Shown here one piece after another: positions 35,969 to 36,102 of a DNA stretch of 36,102 nucleotides. The stretch lies in the IMG/VR virus record IMGVR_UViG_3300042934_000869. The stretch is one strand, 5' to 3'. The notes beneath the pieces are model-generated. The model was not told where the DNA came from, searched no databases, and worked only from the letters and a program-made list of their open reading frames with translations. This DNA comes from an uncultured virus (IMG/VR IMGVR_UViG_3300042934_000869) (taxonomy: Duplodnaviria; Heunggongvirae; Uroviricota; Caudoviricetes). The position numbers and the translations under genes are program-made. Every line of letters starts with the position of its first letter. Position 1 is the stretch's first letter.

Positions 35969-36102
35969 GTAGCACCTCTCTATTCCTATCAGCAGACTTA
36001 GTGATGTTGTCTCTATAGCAATTGTTTATTAAAGATTTATTTATTGAGGAATAGTCTTTATTTTTAAACAATAAGCACATGCAGTCTTTGCTGACACTTG
36101 AG

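Noticed and set aside
1..36102. Alternative genetic code (stop-codon reassignment)
   Set aside because: Long ORFs are intact under code 11, and TAA, TAG and TGA all end genes at sensible boundaries.
35969..36102. 3' end of a gene entering from the right edge
   Set aside because: Two minus-strand frames are plausible and the fragment is too short to choose between them.

Overview
This is an AT-rich (about 30% GC by eye), densely coding window with essentially all real genes on the minus strand and strong GGAGG ribosome-binding sites, as in Clostridia/Bacillota. It looks like part of a large mobile replicon (megaplasmid, phage-plasmid or jumbo-phage-like element) rather than a core chromosome; no virion or T4SS genes are visible here. 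In transcription order (right to left): small hypothetical genes with a DenV-like glycosylase; an Hsp70 / CHC2-zinc-finger / RuvC-like block joined to a secretin-less Tad (Flp) pilus locus with atypical pilins; a Pro-rich membrane protein and a 1113-aa secreted protein; a structured intergenic region and a DUF3892-like gene; then an operon with a minimal NAD-dependent ligase-like gene, orphan genes, a single-chain 2412-aa beta-beta' RNA polymerase and a membrane-tailed HNH protein. The polymerase keeps its catalytic core (NADFDGD) but lacks the flap-tip helix and beta' zinc-binding domain/zipper, has a shortened lid and clamp helices, and has a His-less trigger loop and a remodelled rifampicin pocket. 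A bipartite motif (TTwCArCCC-N20-kTATAnnATAGTGA) recurs three times at identical spacing ahead of transcription units. Together these suggest a private transcription system with its own promoters. All alignments were done by eye from recalled consensus sequences; no searches were run.
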